From an uncultured Coriobacteriaceae bacterium (lineage in GTDB: Bacteria > Actinomycetota > Coriobacteriia > Coriobacteriales > Atopobiaceae), in the NCBI GenBank assembly GCA_902766805.1, contig CACXFF010000349.1, positions 1 through 32,117 of the forward strand: a stretch of 32,117 nucleotides of DNA, in the 5' to 3' direction. Below, one piece after another: positions 23,785 to 31,754 of this stretch. Position numbers and translations under genes: made by a program. The notes under the pieces were generated by a model. It searched no databases. It saw only the letters and a program-made list of their open reading frames with translations, and was not told the DNA's origin. Numbering within the stretch: position 1 is the first letter of the stretch; every line of letters begins with the position of its first letter.

Positions 23785-24948
23785 GTGAACGCTCAGACCC
23801 AAAAGAAGCGCCTCGCGGCCCTGCTGGGCGGTGTCGCGGTCGCGGCTGCCGTGGTGGGCGCCTGCGGCGTGGCGCTGCCCGCCCAGGCAAGCGTCTCCCG
23901 GGCGCGTGACTACGGCTACGTGTATTCGGGCGCCAAGTCCACGAGCGTGGACTTCGTGCGGGCCAACCTCGACGACGAGACCCTGCTCGTGCTCGGCTCG
24001 TCGGAGTTCTCCACCCCGGCGAGCACGGTGCCCCAGGTGCCTGCCGCCGTCATGGGCGGACACAACTACGGGCTGCGCCTGATGCTCGTGGGAGAGGCCT
24101 TCGACCAGTGCCTCTGGGACGCCATGGCCCTCGGCGCGCTTGCCGACGGCGGTCTGCCGCACGACCGCGTGGCCCTGATCGTGGGCTTGGGCATGTTCAC
24201 CGACGGCGGCCTGGACAACGCGACCTTCCAAGAGCGCTTCTCGTTCCCCCTCTACCGCGGCTTCATGGCCAACCCGGCGCTGCCCGCCGAGCTCAAGCAG
24301 AAGCTGCGCGCTCGCCTGGCGGAACAGGGCGTGGACGAAGCCACGCTGCGCGCGGGCCAGCCGGGTGACCCGATCGCCGCCATCGACGGCGCCGTGCTGG
24401 GTTGGCAGAACGACCTGCGCCTGCGCCAACAGCTCATGGAAGTGCGCGACAAGAGCCTGGAGCGCGCCCAGGAGCCGGCCGTGGCGCCCGACTGGGACGC
24501 CCTCATGGCCGACGCCTATGCGACCGCGCAGCAGATGAGCACCACCAACGACTGGGGCGCGGAGGACAAGTTCTACACCACGCAGCTCGCGCCGGCGCTC
24601 GACTCGCTTGCGGGCGCACGCGCTGGGGAGACCTACAGCAACACGCCCGAATACGATGACCTCGAGCTGTTCCTGCAGGTCTGTGACGCCTGCGGCGTGG
24701 CGCCGCTCGTGATGATCGAGCCGGTGATGGGTCCCTACTACGACCACATCGGCATTGACGCCGCCACCCGTGCGTCGGCCTACGACAGGATCCGCAACGT
24801 AGTGTGGGCGCACCCCAATGCGCGGCTGGTAGACTACAGCGATCGCGAGTACGAACCGTACTTCCTTTTCGACATCGTGCATTTCGGCTGGACGGGCTGG
24901 ATCGAGGCGCAGCACGCGCTCTACGACTTCGGCACGGAAGGAGCGTGA
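23785..24948 (+). CDS. dltD: D-alanyl-lipoteichoic acid biosynthesis protein DltD
   Basis: 387 aa with an N-terminal anchor and the SGNH-like LVLGSSEF catalytic motif. Its position after dltC fits. Confidence 0.85.
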   Translation: MNAQTQKKRLAALLGGVAVAAAVVGACGVALPAQASVSRARDYGYVYSGAKSTSVDFVRANLDDETLLVLGSSEFSTPASTVPQVPAAVMGGHNYGLRLMLVGEAFDQCLWDAMALGALADGGLPHDRVALIVGLGMFTDGGLDNATFQERFSFPLYRGFMANPALPAELKQKLRARLAEQGVDEATLRAGQPGDPIAAIDGAVLGWQNDLRLRQQLMEVRDKSLERAQEPAVAPDWDALMADAYATAQQMSTTNDWGAEDKFYTTQLAPALDSLAGARAGETYSNTPEYDDLELFLQVCDACGVAPLVMIEPVMGPYYDHIGIDAATRASAYDRIRNVVWAHPNARLVDYSDREYEPYFLFDIVHFGWTGWIEAQHALYDFGTEGA

Positions 24949-24951
24949 CGT

Positions 24952-25131
24952 ATGGCACGCACGCGCAAGCTCAGCGCACGGCAGCGCTACGATGCTTGGC
25001 TGGAGGCGCACCCTGCCCTCGCCTGCCTCATCGTGGGCGCCAGCGTGGCGCTGGCCCTGATCGGCATCTTCGCCTTTGTGACGTTCTCGGGCTTTGGCGC
25101 CTCGGCAGAGTTCATCTACAACCAGTTCTAG
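24952..25131 (+). CDS. dltX: DltX-like small membrane protein (59 aa, below the ORF-track size cut-off)
   Basis: GGAAGGAG RBS 8 nt upstream. MARTRKLSARQRYDAWLEAHPALACLIVGASVALALIGIFAFVTFSGFGASAEFIYNQF has one TM helix and a C-terminal FIYNQF, matching the DltX FIYNEF-type tail. High GC3. Confidence 0.75.
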   Translation: MARTRKLSARQRYDAWLEAHPALACLIVGASVALALIGIFAFVTFSGFGASAEFIYNQF

Positions 25132-25141
25132 CGGAGGGACC

Positions 25142-26176
25142 ATGGACGGCTACGAAGACTACGGAAACTACGGAGACACGGACCGCTCACCGTACGGGTC
25201 AGACCAGAGCATCCGCCTGACCAGTCGTGAAGACCTGCGGCGCCAGGCGGACGCACGCGATGATACGGCGTACGCAGGTTCTGACATGCGGCGGGAGCGC
25301 AGCCATGACGGCGGGACCCACGATCCCCACGCTCGTCATCGCTCCTCGGAGCGCGGCCGCACGCGTCCTGCACGCAGGCGACGTGGGATTCCCGTGCCCG
25401 CAGCCGTCGTGGCAGTCGTGCTCTGCGCCGGCCTTGCGGCGCTCGTGACCTTCTTTGTGATGCGGCCTCAGGTCGCAGACGCCCAGAAGCAGGCGCGCGA
25501 CGCCAGCAACCAGGTCACGCAGCTCACGGTGGAGAACAAGCAGCTCCAGGAGCAGCTCACCCTGGCTCAGCAACAGGCCGATGCCGCGAAGACGAGCGCC
25601 TCGCAGTCCGGCTCCTCGAGCTCTGCCAACTCCTCTACCGCGCCCCAGACGGACAACAGCTCACAGACGCAGTCCTCGGGCGCCGGCCAGGGCGTCGAGA
25701 GCCCGTGGATCAAGGACGGCAAGTTCAGCACGGGCGATGCGACTCTCGACAACGAGGTCAAGGAGTTCTGCGACGGCAAGGTCAATACGTCGATGGCGCT
25801 CGAGGACGCCGCGCTCGAGGTCTACAAGGGCGTTGCGTGGGCTGACTACGTGGAACGCGCGGAGGCTCAGCACCCCTCGGGGGCCGACTGGCGCCTGCGC
25901 TTCGCACGGCAGTTCTACGAGAACAACTGCTCGGGCAACTGCTACGAGTTCGCGCCCTTCCTCGCCTACTGCCTGCGCTACCTCGGCTATTCGGACGCCA
26001 TCGCCGAAGGCTGCCTCATCGAGCAACAGAGCGGCAACTGGGGCGACCACGGCATCGTCTTCGTCACCAACACCGACGGGCGCAAGTGCCTGTGCGACAC
26101 TGCGCGCGGCACGAACGGCTGGATGCTCGACGCAGACTCCTACAATCTCACCATACAGGACTTCGAAAACGCCTAA
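25142..26176 (+). CDS. Membrane-anchored protein with a coiled-coil, a Ser/Gln-rich linker and a C-terminal transglutaminase-like (Cys-His-Asp) domain (putative)
   Basis: The ATG at 25142 follows GGAGGG. TM helix PVPAAVVAVVLCAGLAALVTFFV. The C-terminal GNCYEFAPFLAYCLRYLGY...GDHGIVFV...CDTA resembles the papain-like transglutaminase core. Confidence 0.65.
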   Translation: MDGYEDYGNYGDTDRSPYGSDQSIRLTSREDLRRQADARDDTAYAGSDMRRERSHDGGTHDPHARHRSSERGRTRPARRRRGIPVPAAVVAVVLCAGLAALVTFFVMRPQVADAQKQARDASNQVTQLTVENKQLQEQLTLAQQQADAAKTSASQSGSSSSANSSTAPQTDNSSQTQSSGAGQGVESPWIKDGKFSTGDATLDNEVKEFCDGKVNTSMALEDAALEVYKGVAWADYVERAEAQHPSGADWRLRFARQFYENNCSGNCYEFAPFLAYCLRYLGYSDAIAEGCLIEQQSGNWGDHGIVFVTNTDGRKCLCDTARGTNGWMLDADSYNLTIQDFENA

Positions 26177-26203
26177 GGCTCCTGCGCGAGGGAGGATGAA
26201 CCC

Positions 26204-27307
26204 ATGTCCATCAGCAAGATCGTCATCACCGGTGGTCCCTGCGCTGGCAAGACCACGGCGCTCAGCCGTATTCAGCGCGACCTGTCCCACCTGGGCTACA
26301 CCGTCCTGATCGTGCCCGAGACCGCCACCTCCCTCATCTCTGGCGGCGTGGCGCCGTGGACCTGCGCCTCCAATGTGGAGTACCAGAAGTGCCAGATGCG
26401 CATGCAACGCGAAAAGGAGCAGGTCTTCGAACAGGCTGCGCGCACCATGCCGCAGGACAAGATCCTGATCGTCTGCGACCGCGGCGAGCTCGACAACAAG
26501 GCCTATATGACCGACGAGGAGTTCGCCGAGGTCCTGGCGTACCTGGGCGAGACCGAGACCGAGCTGCGCGACAACTACGATGCCGTCTTCCACCTGGTCT
26601 CCGCGGCCAAGGGCGCCGAGGAGTTCTACACGCTCGACAACAACGAGGCGCGCTACGAGACGGCCGAGCAGGCCGCCGAGCTCGACGACCGCTTCATCGC
26701 CTCCTGGACCGGGCATCCCTACCTGCGCGTCATCGACAACGCGCAGGACTTCGAGGACAAGATGCGTGCCCTCATCCGCGAGATCAGCTATTTCCTGGGC
26801 GAGCTCGCGCCGTACGAGATCGAGCGCAAGTTCCTCGTCGAACCGCCCGACCTGGCGTGGCTCGAGAGCCTGCCCAACTGCAAGCGCGTGCAGATCGTCC
26901 AGACCTACCTGCGTTCCGACCCCGACCACGAGGTGCGCATCCGCAAGCGCGGCAACGATGACGACTGCCTCTATTACCTCACCGACAAGCGCATGGTCCG
27001 CAGCCATCGGCGTCTCATGACGCAGCGCAGGCTCACGGCAAGCGAGTATCACATGCTCCTGTCCCAGGCTGATCCGAACAAGCGCGAGATCCGCAAGACG
27101 CGCTACTGCCTCACCTTCCAGGGCCAGTACTTCGAGATCGACCTGTTCCCGTGCTGGGACGACCAGGCCATGGTGGAGATCGAGCTCTCGAGCGAGGACA
27201 CCCCCGTGGTCTTCCCGGAACAGATCAAGGTGATCCGCGAAGTGACCGGCGACGCACGCTACCGCAACAGCACGATGGCCTCCAAGCCCCAGGGCGCAAC
27301 CCACTAG
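26204..27307 (+). CDS. P-loop NTPase (AAA_28-like) fused to a CYTH (triphosphate tunnel metalloenzyme) domain
   Basis: Walker A ITGGPCAGKTT. The C-terminal half has YEIERKF (ExExK), VRIRKRG, IRKTRY, FEIDLF and VEIEL, alternating basic and acidic strands as in CYTH. Confidence 0.85.
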   Translation: MSISKIVITGGPCAGKTTALSRIQRDLSHLGYTVLIVPETATSLISGGVAPWTCASNVEYQKCQMRMQREKEQVFEQAARTMPQDKILIVCDRGELDNKAYMTDEEFAEVLAYLGETETELRDNYDAVFHLVSAAKGAEEFYTLDNNEARYETAEQAAELDDRFIASWTGHPYLRVIDNAQDFEDKMRALIREISYFLGELAPYEIERKFLVEPPDLAWLESLPNCKRVQIVQTYLRSDPDHEVRIRKRGNDDDCLYYLTDKRMVRSHRRLMTQRRLTASEYHMLLSQADPNKREIRKTRYCLTFQGQYFEIDLFPCWDDQAMVEIELSSEDTPVVFPEQIKVIREVTGDARYRNSTMASKPQGATH

Positions 27308-28221
27308 CGGCGGGCAGCCTCCCGCTTGTCCGCGGCACCCACCTCGGAGCGCAGCACGCGCAGGAACTCGAGTGCTGCGCGCGACATGGGTTGGTAGCGC
27401 TTCCAGACGACGCGCGCCGTGAGCGGCTCAAGGTCCGTGAGCGGCACGAAGGCGAAGGCCGTGCCCTCCCCCGTCGCCACCAAGCCGCCGAGGGTCACGC
27501 AGACGCCCAAGCCCTGCTCCACGAGCAGCGACGCGTTGTACAGCAGCGTGTGGGTCGCGACGATGTCGAGGCCCTTCCCCTCGTAGAAGGCGGGCGTGGT
27601 GGAGGCCGCTCCCTCATGGGCATCGTGGCTCTGCGAGCTCACGATGAGGCTTTCGCCGCAGAGGTCGGCCAAGGTCAGCTCCTTGCGCTGGGCCAGCGGA
27701 TGGTCGGCCCGCATGAGCACGCCCCAGCTGTCCCTGTGGGGCAGCACGAGGCTCTCGTGGTGTCCGCCGGGCTCGCGGCCGAGCGTCACGCCGAAGTCCA
27801 GCAGCCCCTTGTCCACACGTTCGAGCACGTCGTCCGCGTTGCCCGAGTGCAGGCGCAGGCGGACGCGAGGATGCAGCTGGCGCAGGCGCACGGTCGTGCG
27901 CGCGATCACCTCCATGGCGCGCGACTCGCCGCCGCCAACCCACACGTCGCCCTCCACTTGGGCGGTCGGCGAGCGTATCTCCAGCTCGGTGCGGTCTGCC
28001 AGCCCGACGATCTCCTCGGCGCGTTTGCGCAGGAGCATGCCCTCGTCGGTGAGAGTCACGCCGCGGGCGGAACGTATGAGCAGCTCACAGCCAAACTCGC
28101 GCTCGAGCTCGGAGAGCTGGCGCGAGAGCGCGGGCTGCGTGATGTGCAGTGTCGCCGCGGCGCGCGTGACGTTGCCTTCGCGGGCGACGGCCAAAAACGA
28201 TCTCAGCGTGCGCAGCTCCAT
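27304..28221 (-). CDS. LysR-family transcriptional regulator
   Basis: The ATG at 28221 follows AAGGAG. MELRTLRSFLAVAREGNVTRAAATLHITQPALSRQLSELE HTH. Convergent 4-nt overlap (CTAG) with the preceding gene. Confidence 0.9.
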   Translation of the reverse strand: MELRTLRSFLAVAREGNVTRAAATLHITQPALSRQLSELEREFGCELLIRSARGVTLTDEGMLLRKRAEEIVGLADRTELEIRSPTAQVEGDVWVGGGESRAMEVIARTTVRLRQLHPRVRLRLHSGNADDVLERVDKGLLDFGVTLGREPGGHHESLVLPHRDSWGVLMRADHPLAQRKELTLADLCGESLIVSSQSHDAHEGAASTTPAFYEGKGLDIVATHTLLYNASLLVEQGLGVCVTLGGLVATGEGTAFAFVPLTDLEPLTARVVWKRYQPMSRAALEFLRVLRSEVGAADKREAARR

Positions 28222-28257
28222 GTCGCGCTCCTTTGCTTTTGCTGGTCCCATGCTGTC

Positions 28258-28275
28258 CGGTAATGACTTTTACCG
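28258..28275. promoter_or_regulatory. Candidate LysR operator in the divergent intergenic region
   Basis: Perfect inverted repeat CGGTAA-tgactt-TTACCG between the LysR start (28221) and the PPTase start (28297). Confidence 0.35.
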
Positions 28276-28296
28276 TATCATGCTCACAAAAGGAGC

Positions 28297-29034
28297 ATGT
28301 TTGGGGAATGCTCGGCATCGGTTAACGGGTCTGGGGATGGGGACATGGAAACGCCAGCGGGAGTCCGTGCGTGGGAGCGCGCAATGGCCGACGAGCTGCG
28401 GCCCTGGGGCGTCGAGGCCTTGGGCATCTGCTGGGGCGAACCGCGCGGCTGGGACGAGGGCGGCTCACGCATCGTGCCGCACGAGGACGGCACGCGCCTG
28501 GTGTTGACGCACGACGAGCGTGAGGCCCCGTATGCGTTGCGGCCAGACGGCCGCGAGGACACCGGACTACTCGTGAGCCTCAGCGACGAGGATGCGCTGG
28601 CGACCTGCGCTTGGGCCCGCGTCACGCCTGATTCGCAGGTCGTGGGCCTAGGCATCGACCTGGCGGACCCACGGGATTTCGCGGGCGCACGAGGCGAGCG
28701 CTTCAACCGCCTGCTGTTCACCCAAGCAGAGCAGGGCCTGGTGCCCGCCCTTGCCCCCGGGGACGAAGCCCTGGGCTATGCCTATGCCTTCTCGGCCAAG
28801 GAGGCGGCGTTCAAGGCCTGCGCAGCTCCGCTGCGGCGCTGGTACGAGGCCCATGACGAAGAGCTGGTCTTCGACCTGCGAGGGTTCGAGCTCGCCGACC
28901 TGCGCCACGAGGCGGGCACGGCGCGTGACGGAGCCGCACAGGCGGCGCTTGACGCCCTGGGCATCCGCGCCATAGAGCTGTTCCGCACAGAAGTCCAGGG
29001 CTGTGCCTGTACCGTCGCGTGGGCGCGCGCCTAG
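28297..29034 (+). CDS. 4'-phosphopantetheinyl transferase superfamily protein
   Basis: GLGIDLAD (GxD) and FSAKEAAFKA ((F/W)(S/T)xKE(A/S)xxK) motifs. The start is uncertain: at 28297 the SD is only 1 nt away, and ATG 28345 (METPAG) is an alternative. Confidence 0.7.
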   Translation: MFGECSASVNGSGDGDMETPAGVRAWERAMADELRPWGVEALGICWGEPRGWDEGGSRIVPHEDGTRLVLTHDEREAPYALRPDGREDTGLLVSLSDEDALATCAWARVTPDSQVVGLGIDLADPRDFAGARGERFNRLLFTQAEQGLVPALAPGDEALGYAYAFSAKEAAFKACAAPLRRWYEAHDEELVFDLRGFELADLRHEAGTARDGAAQAALDALGIRAIELFRTEVQGCACTVAWARA

Positions 29035-29882
29035 CCCTGCAGGAAGGCGGGGAGCTCGCCCCGGCGGGTCGCCTGTGCGATCTGCTCGAAAGCGGCGGCC
29101 ACCGAGTCCTCCGCGGATGGCCCGATGTGCCAACGCGTCGCCGCGTTGGCCTCGGCGCAGGCGTTGCCGACCGCCACCGCATAGGGGAACGGCTCGAGCA
29201 TGGACAGGTCGTTCTCGGAATCGCCGAACGTCGCTATCTCATCGTCGCCCAGGCCGAGCGCCTGTGCCAGGATGCGCACCGCGCTCCCCTTCCCGTAGCC
29301 CGCGGGCAGGATGTCCAGGATGGGGGCGCTGTTGCTGGGGAACACGAAGTCCAGCTCGGGCACTTCGCTGCGCAGCAGGTCGCGGATCTCCGTGTGACGC
29401 ACCCGAGAGCCCTGTGCGAGGTGCACGTTGGCCTTGAGCGAGGGCTCCTCGACGCACGAGGCCATCCCAAAGAGCCTCGACCACGCGCTCAGGCCTACGT
29501 GCGGACGGCTGCCACGCGAGGTCACGAAGCAGCCTTGGCCGTCGTAGTCCATCCCATAGAGCGTGAGAGCAGCGTCGCCCTCGGCGTCGCAGATGTCGGC
29601 CACGCGCTGCAGGGGCTCGACCGGGCAGTACTCACGATGGATGACCGACCCGTCCAAGAGCACAATCTGCCCGTTGGAGAAGGCGCCGGTCGCATAGGCG
29701 GGCTCATAGCCGCAGAACATGCCTTCCATCGAAGAAGGCGTGCGGCCGGATACCGGCCCGAAGTGCACGCCCGCGTCCAAGAGCTCCCGTATGGCGTCCA
29801 GCGCCCGCGGGCTCGCGTTCTCCTGTCCGGCGTCATGGCTGATGAGGGTGTCGTCGAGGTCGGTCATCACGAGCTTAATCAT
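29031..29882 (-). CDS. Cof-type HAD-IIB phosphatase
   Basis: MIKLVMTDLDDTL (DxDxT) and GDSENDLSML motifs. 283 aa. Confidence 0.9.
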   Translation of the reverse strand: MIKLVMTDLDDTLISHDAGQENASPRALDAIRELLDAGVHFGPVSGRTPSSMEGMFCGYEPAYATGAFSNGQIVLLDGSVIHREYCPVEPLQRVADICDAEGDAALTLYGMDYDGQGCFVTSRGSRPHVGLSAWSRLFGMASCVEEPSLKANVHLAQGSRVRHTEIRDLLRSEVPELDFVFPSNSAPILDILPAGYGKGSAVRILAQALGLGDDEIATFGDSENDLSMLEPFPYAVAVGNACAEANAATRWHIGPSAEDSVAAAFEQIAQATRRGELPAFLQG

Positions 29883-30143
29883 AGAATCTCCTTGAATGGG
29901 CTCATTTGCTCATTCCTAGTATATGGGAAGAGCGCTCTGGACGAACTGTCGCTATTTCCGCAGCTCAGAGTTGTTGTCTGAGGAACCGCTCACAGCGTAT
30001 GCATATCCGCTCGCCCCCTTTGCGCGCTTCTGAGAAATGGGGGAACTTTGGATTTTGTGCAATTCGGATTGCCCTGCGTTAACATTTCAAGAGTTGGGCG
30101 CATACGGCGTCCACACGTGACACACACGAAAGGGTGGGAACAC

Positions 30144-31532
30144 GTGAAGAACACCAACGCACGCAGGCTTGGCTCCATTGTCCTGGCTGGCGCGCTCGCG
30201 AGCAGCTTCGTCGCCGCTCCGCTGAGCACAGCTTTTGCAGCCACGAGCGCCGAGCTCAATGCGCAGGCCGACGCTACGGCCGCCGAGCGCAAGTCGCTCG
30301 AGGCCCAAGTCGCGGAAGCCCAGGCTCGCCTGGAAACCCTCTATGCCGAGGCCGAAGGCTGCCAGAACGATCTCATCACGACGCAGGTCAACATCAGCAA
30401 CACGGAAAAGCACATCTCCGAGCTTGAGGGCGAGATCGAGGAGCTTTCGGGCCGCATCGGCTTGCTGCAGGAGGACCTCTCGGACATCATCTCGTCCAAC
30501 TACAAGAACGGGCGGCCCACGCTGCTCAACATCGTGCTCGAGTCCAAGAGCTTCGACGAGCTCATCTCTCGCATCACCTATGCCAACAAGGTCACCGAGC
30601 ACGAGAACAACGTGATCGGTGAGGTGCGCACGCTCCAGGCCCAGCAGATCGAGGCCAAGACGACGCGCGAGCAGGAGCTCGACAGCCTCAAGTCGCTCGA
30701 GACCGAGCAGACCGAGCGCCTCGCTGCGTCCAAGGCCGCGGCTGCCGAGGTCGAGGACTACCGCTCGCAGCTCTCTGCTGAGGTCAGCCAAAAGATCGCC
30801 GAGGAAGAGGCTGCGCGCCAGCAGGCTGCCCAGGCCGCTGCCGCCGAGGCCGCCGAGGCCGCGCGCATCCGTGCCGAGCAGGAGGCTGCCGCTGCCGCCG
30901 CTGCTCAGGCTGCTGCGGCTGCCGCGGCACAGGCTGAGGCCCAGGCTGCTCCTTCCGCCCCAGCCGAGTCCTCTCCGGCTCCCAGCGCGCCCGTCTCGGC
31001 GCCTTCCGACTCCGGCTCTGCCTCCTCTGGCTCCTGGGGTGGCGGCTCGCGTTCCGAGAGCTCCTCGGGCTCCAGCTCGGGCGGTTCCTACTCCGTGGAC
31101 GAGGACGACTATTCGTACGATGACTCCGACGATGACGACTACGGCTACAGCACCCCGAGCTACTCCGGTGGCTCCGGTATGGTCGCGCGTGCGTACTCCA
31201 TCATCGGCTCGGGCTACTCCTACAGCGGTTACAACTGGACGGGCTCCACGTCGAGCTCTTGGTTCACCTGCTCGGGCGTCGTCGACTTCGCCCTGGGCCT
31301 GCCGAGCCACTCGAACTCGCCCGAGACCCTCTATGCGGCCGTGGGCAGCAACATGAAGTACGACATCAGCCAGCTGAACTACGGTGACCTGGTGTTCTTC
31401 CCCTACGCGGGCCGCTATCCCGGCCACGTGGGCATCTACATCGGCGGTGGCCAGATGATTGACGCTAGCCCTGGCACCGGCGTTTCCATCCGTACTGTGG
31501 GCAGCAGCTTCATGGGCGGCGGCCCCCTCTAA
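30144..31532 (+). CDS. Secreted NlpC/P60 peptidoglycan hydrolase with an N-terminal coiled-coil (CwlO/PcsB/RipA-like architecture)
   Basis: The GTG at 30144 follows AAAGGGTGGG. Signal peptide ...STAFAATSAE, about 230 aa of heptad-like coiled-coil, an Ala/Ser/Asp low-complexity linker, and an NlpC/P60 core with Cys in WFTCSGVVDF and His in GHVGIYIG. Confidence 0.85.
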   Translation: MKNTNARRLGSIVLAGALASSFVAAPLSTAFAATSAELNAQADATAAERKSLEAQVAEAQARLETLYAEAEGCQNDLITTQVNISNTEKHISELEGEIEELSGRIGLLQEDLSDIISSNYKNGRPTLLNIVLESKSFDELISRITYANKVTEHENNVIGEVRTLQAQQIEAKTTREQELDSLKSLETEQTERLAASKAAAAEVEDYRSQLSAEVSQKIAEEEAARQQAAQAAAAEAAEAARIRAEQEAAAAAAAQAAAAAAAQAEAQAAPSAPAESSPAPSAPVSAPSDSGSASSGSWGGGSRSESSSGSSSGGSYSVDEDDYSYDDSDDDDYGYSTPSYSGGSGMVARAYSIIGSGYSYSGYNWTGSTSSSWFTCSGVVDFALGLPSHSNSPETLYAAVGSNMKYDISQLNYGDLVFFPYAGRYPGHVGIYIGGGQMIDASPGTGVSIRTVGSSFMGGGPL

Positions 31533-31559
31533 GAGCGGGGTGACAGGACGTCACAGACA

Positions 31560-31589
31560 GGCGGGCGGATCCTTGTGGGTCCGCCCGCC
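31560..31589 (+). terminator. Intrinsic terminator after the NlpC/P60 gene
   Basis: GGCGGGCGGA-tccttgtggg-TCCGCCCGCC (10-bp perfect GC stem) followed by TTCTCTGTGT. Confidence 0.7.
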
Positions 31590-31754
31590 TTCTCTGTGTC
31601 CATGTCGGGATTGCTGCCCGCAGTGCGACGCAGCAGATTGTCGACCTCCGCGGAGCCCTCAGGCTCCCGTAGAGGGTATGGGTCATGCGCCAGGCCCCTG
31701 CACAACCTTCAAGCTCCCCCTGAGGGTGGGGGGCTTGGGACAGGCGCGCGGCTG

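Noticed and set aside
29883-30143. A cyclic-di-AMP (ydaO-type) riboswitch upstream of the NlpC/P60 gene, as seen for some actinobacterial cell-wall hydrolases.
   Set aside because: I could not find the conserved pseudo-symmetric ACGGGGA/CCCGA-type cores. The region is short and must also hold two divergent promoters. A covariance-model scan (Rfam RF00379) would settle it.
763-31427. Many long antisense or alternative-frame ORFs, for example 763..2028(+), 1581..3128(+), 7612..9855(+), 11877..13694(+), 14433..15641(+), 20690..21907(-), 22187..23359(-), 23743..25143(-), 25661..27304(-), 27151..28263(+) and 30087..31427(-).
   Set aside because: Each lies opposite or out of frame to a gene with strong family motifs. 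The products are Arg/Ala/Gly/Pro-rich low-complexity sequences typical of stop-poor shadow frames in high-GC DNA.
31533-31754. Small ORFs and additional hairpins (GGAGCC-ctca-GGCTCC, AAGCTCCCCC..GGGGGGCTT) in the convergent gap before the RsmJ-like gene.
   Set aside because: The ORF is 23 codons with no RBS. The stems are 6-9 bp with mismatches and no U-tract. That is not enough to call an sRNA or a second terminator.
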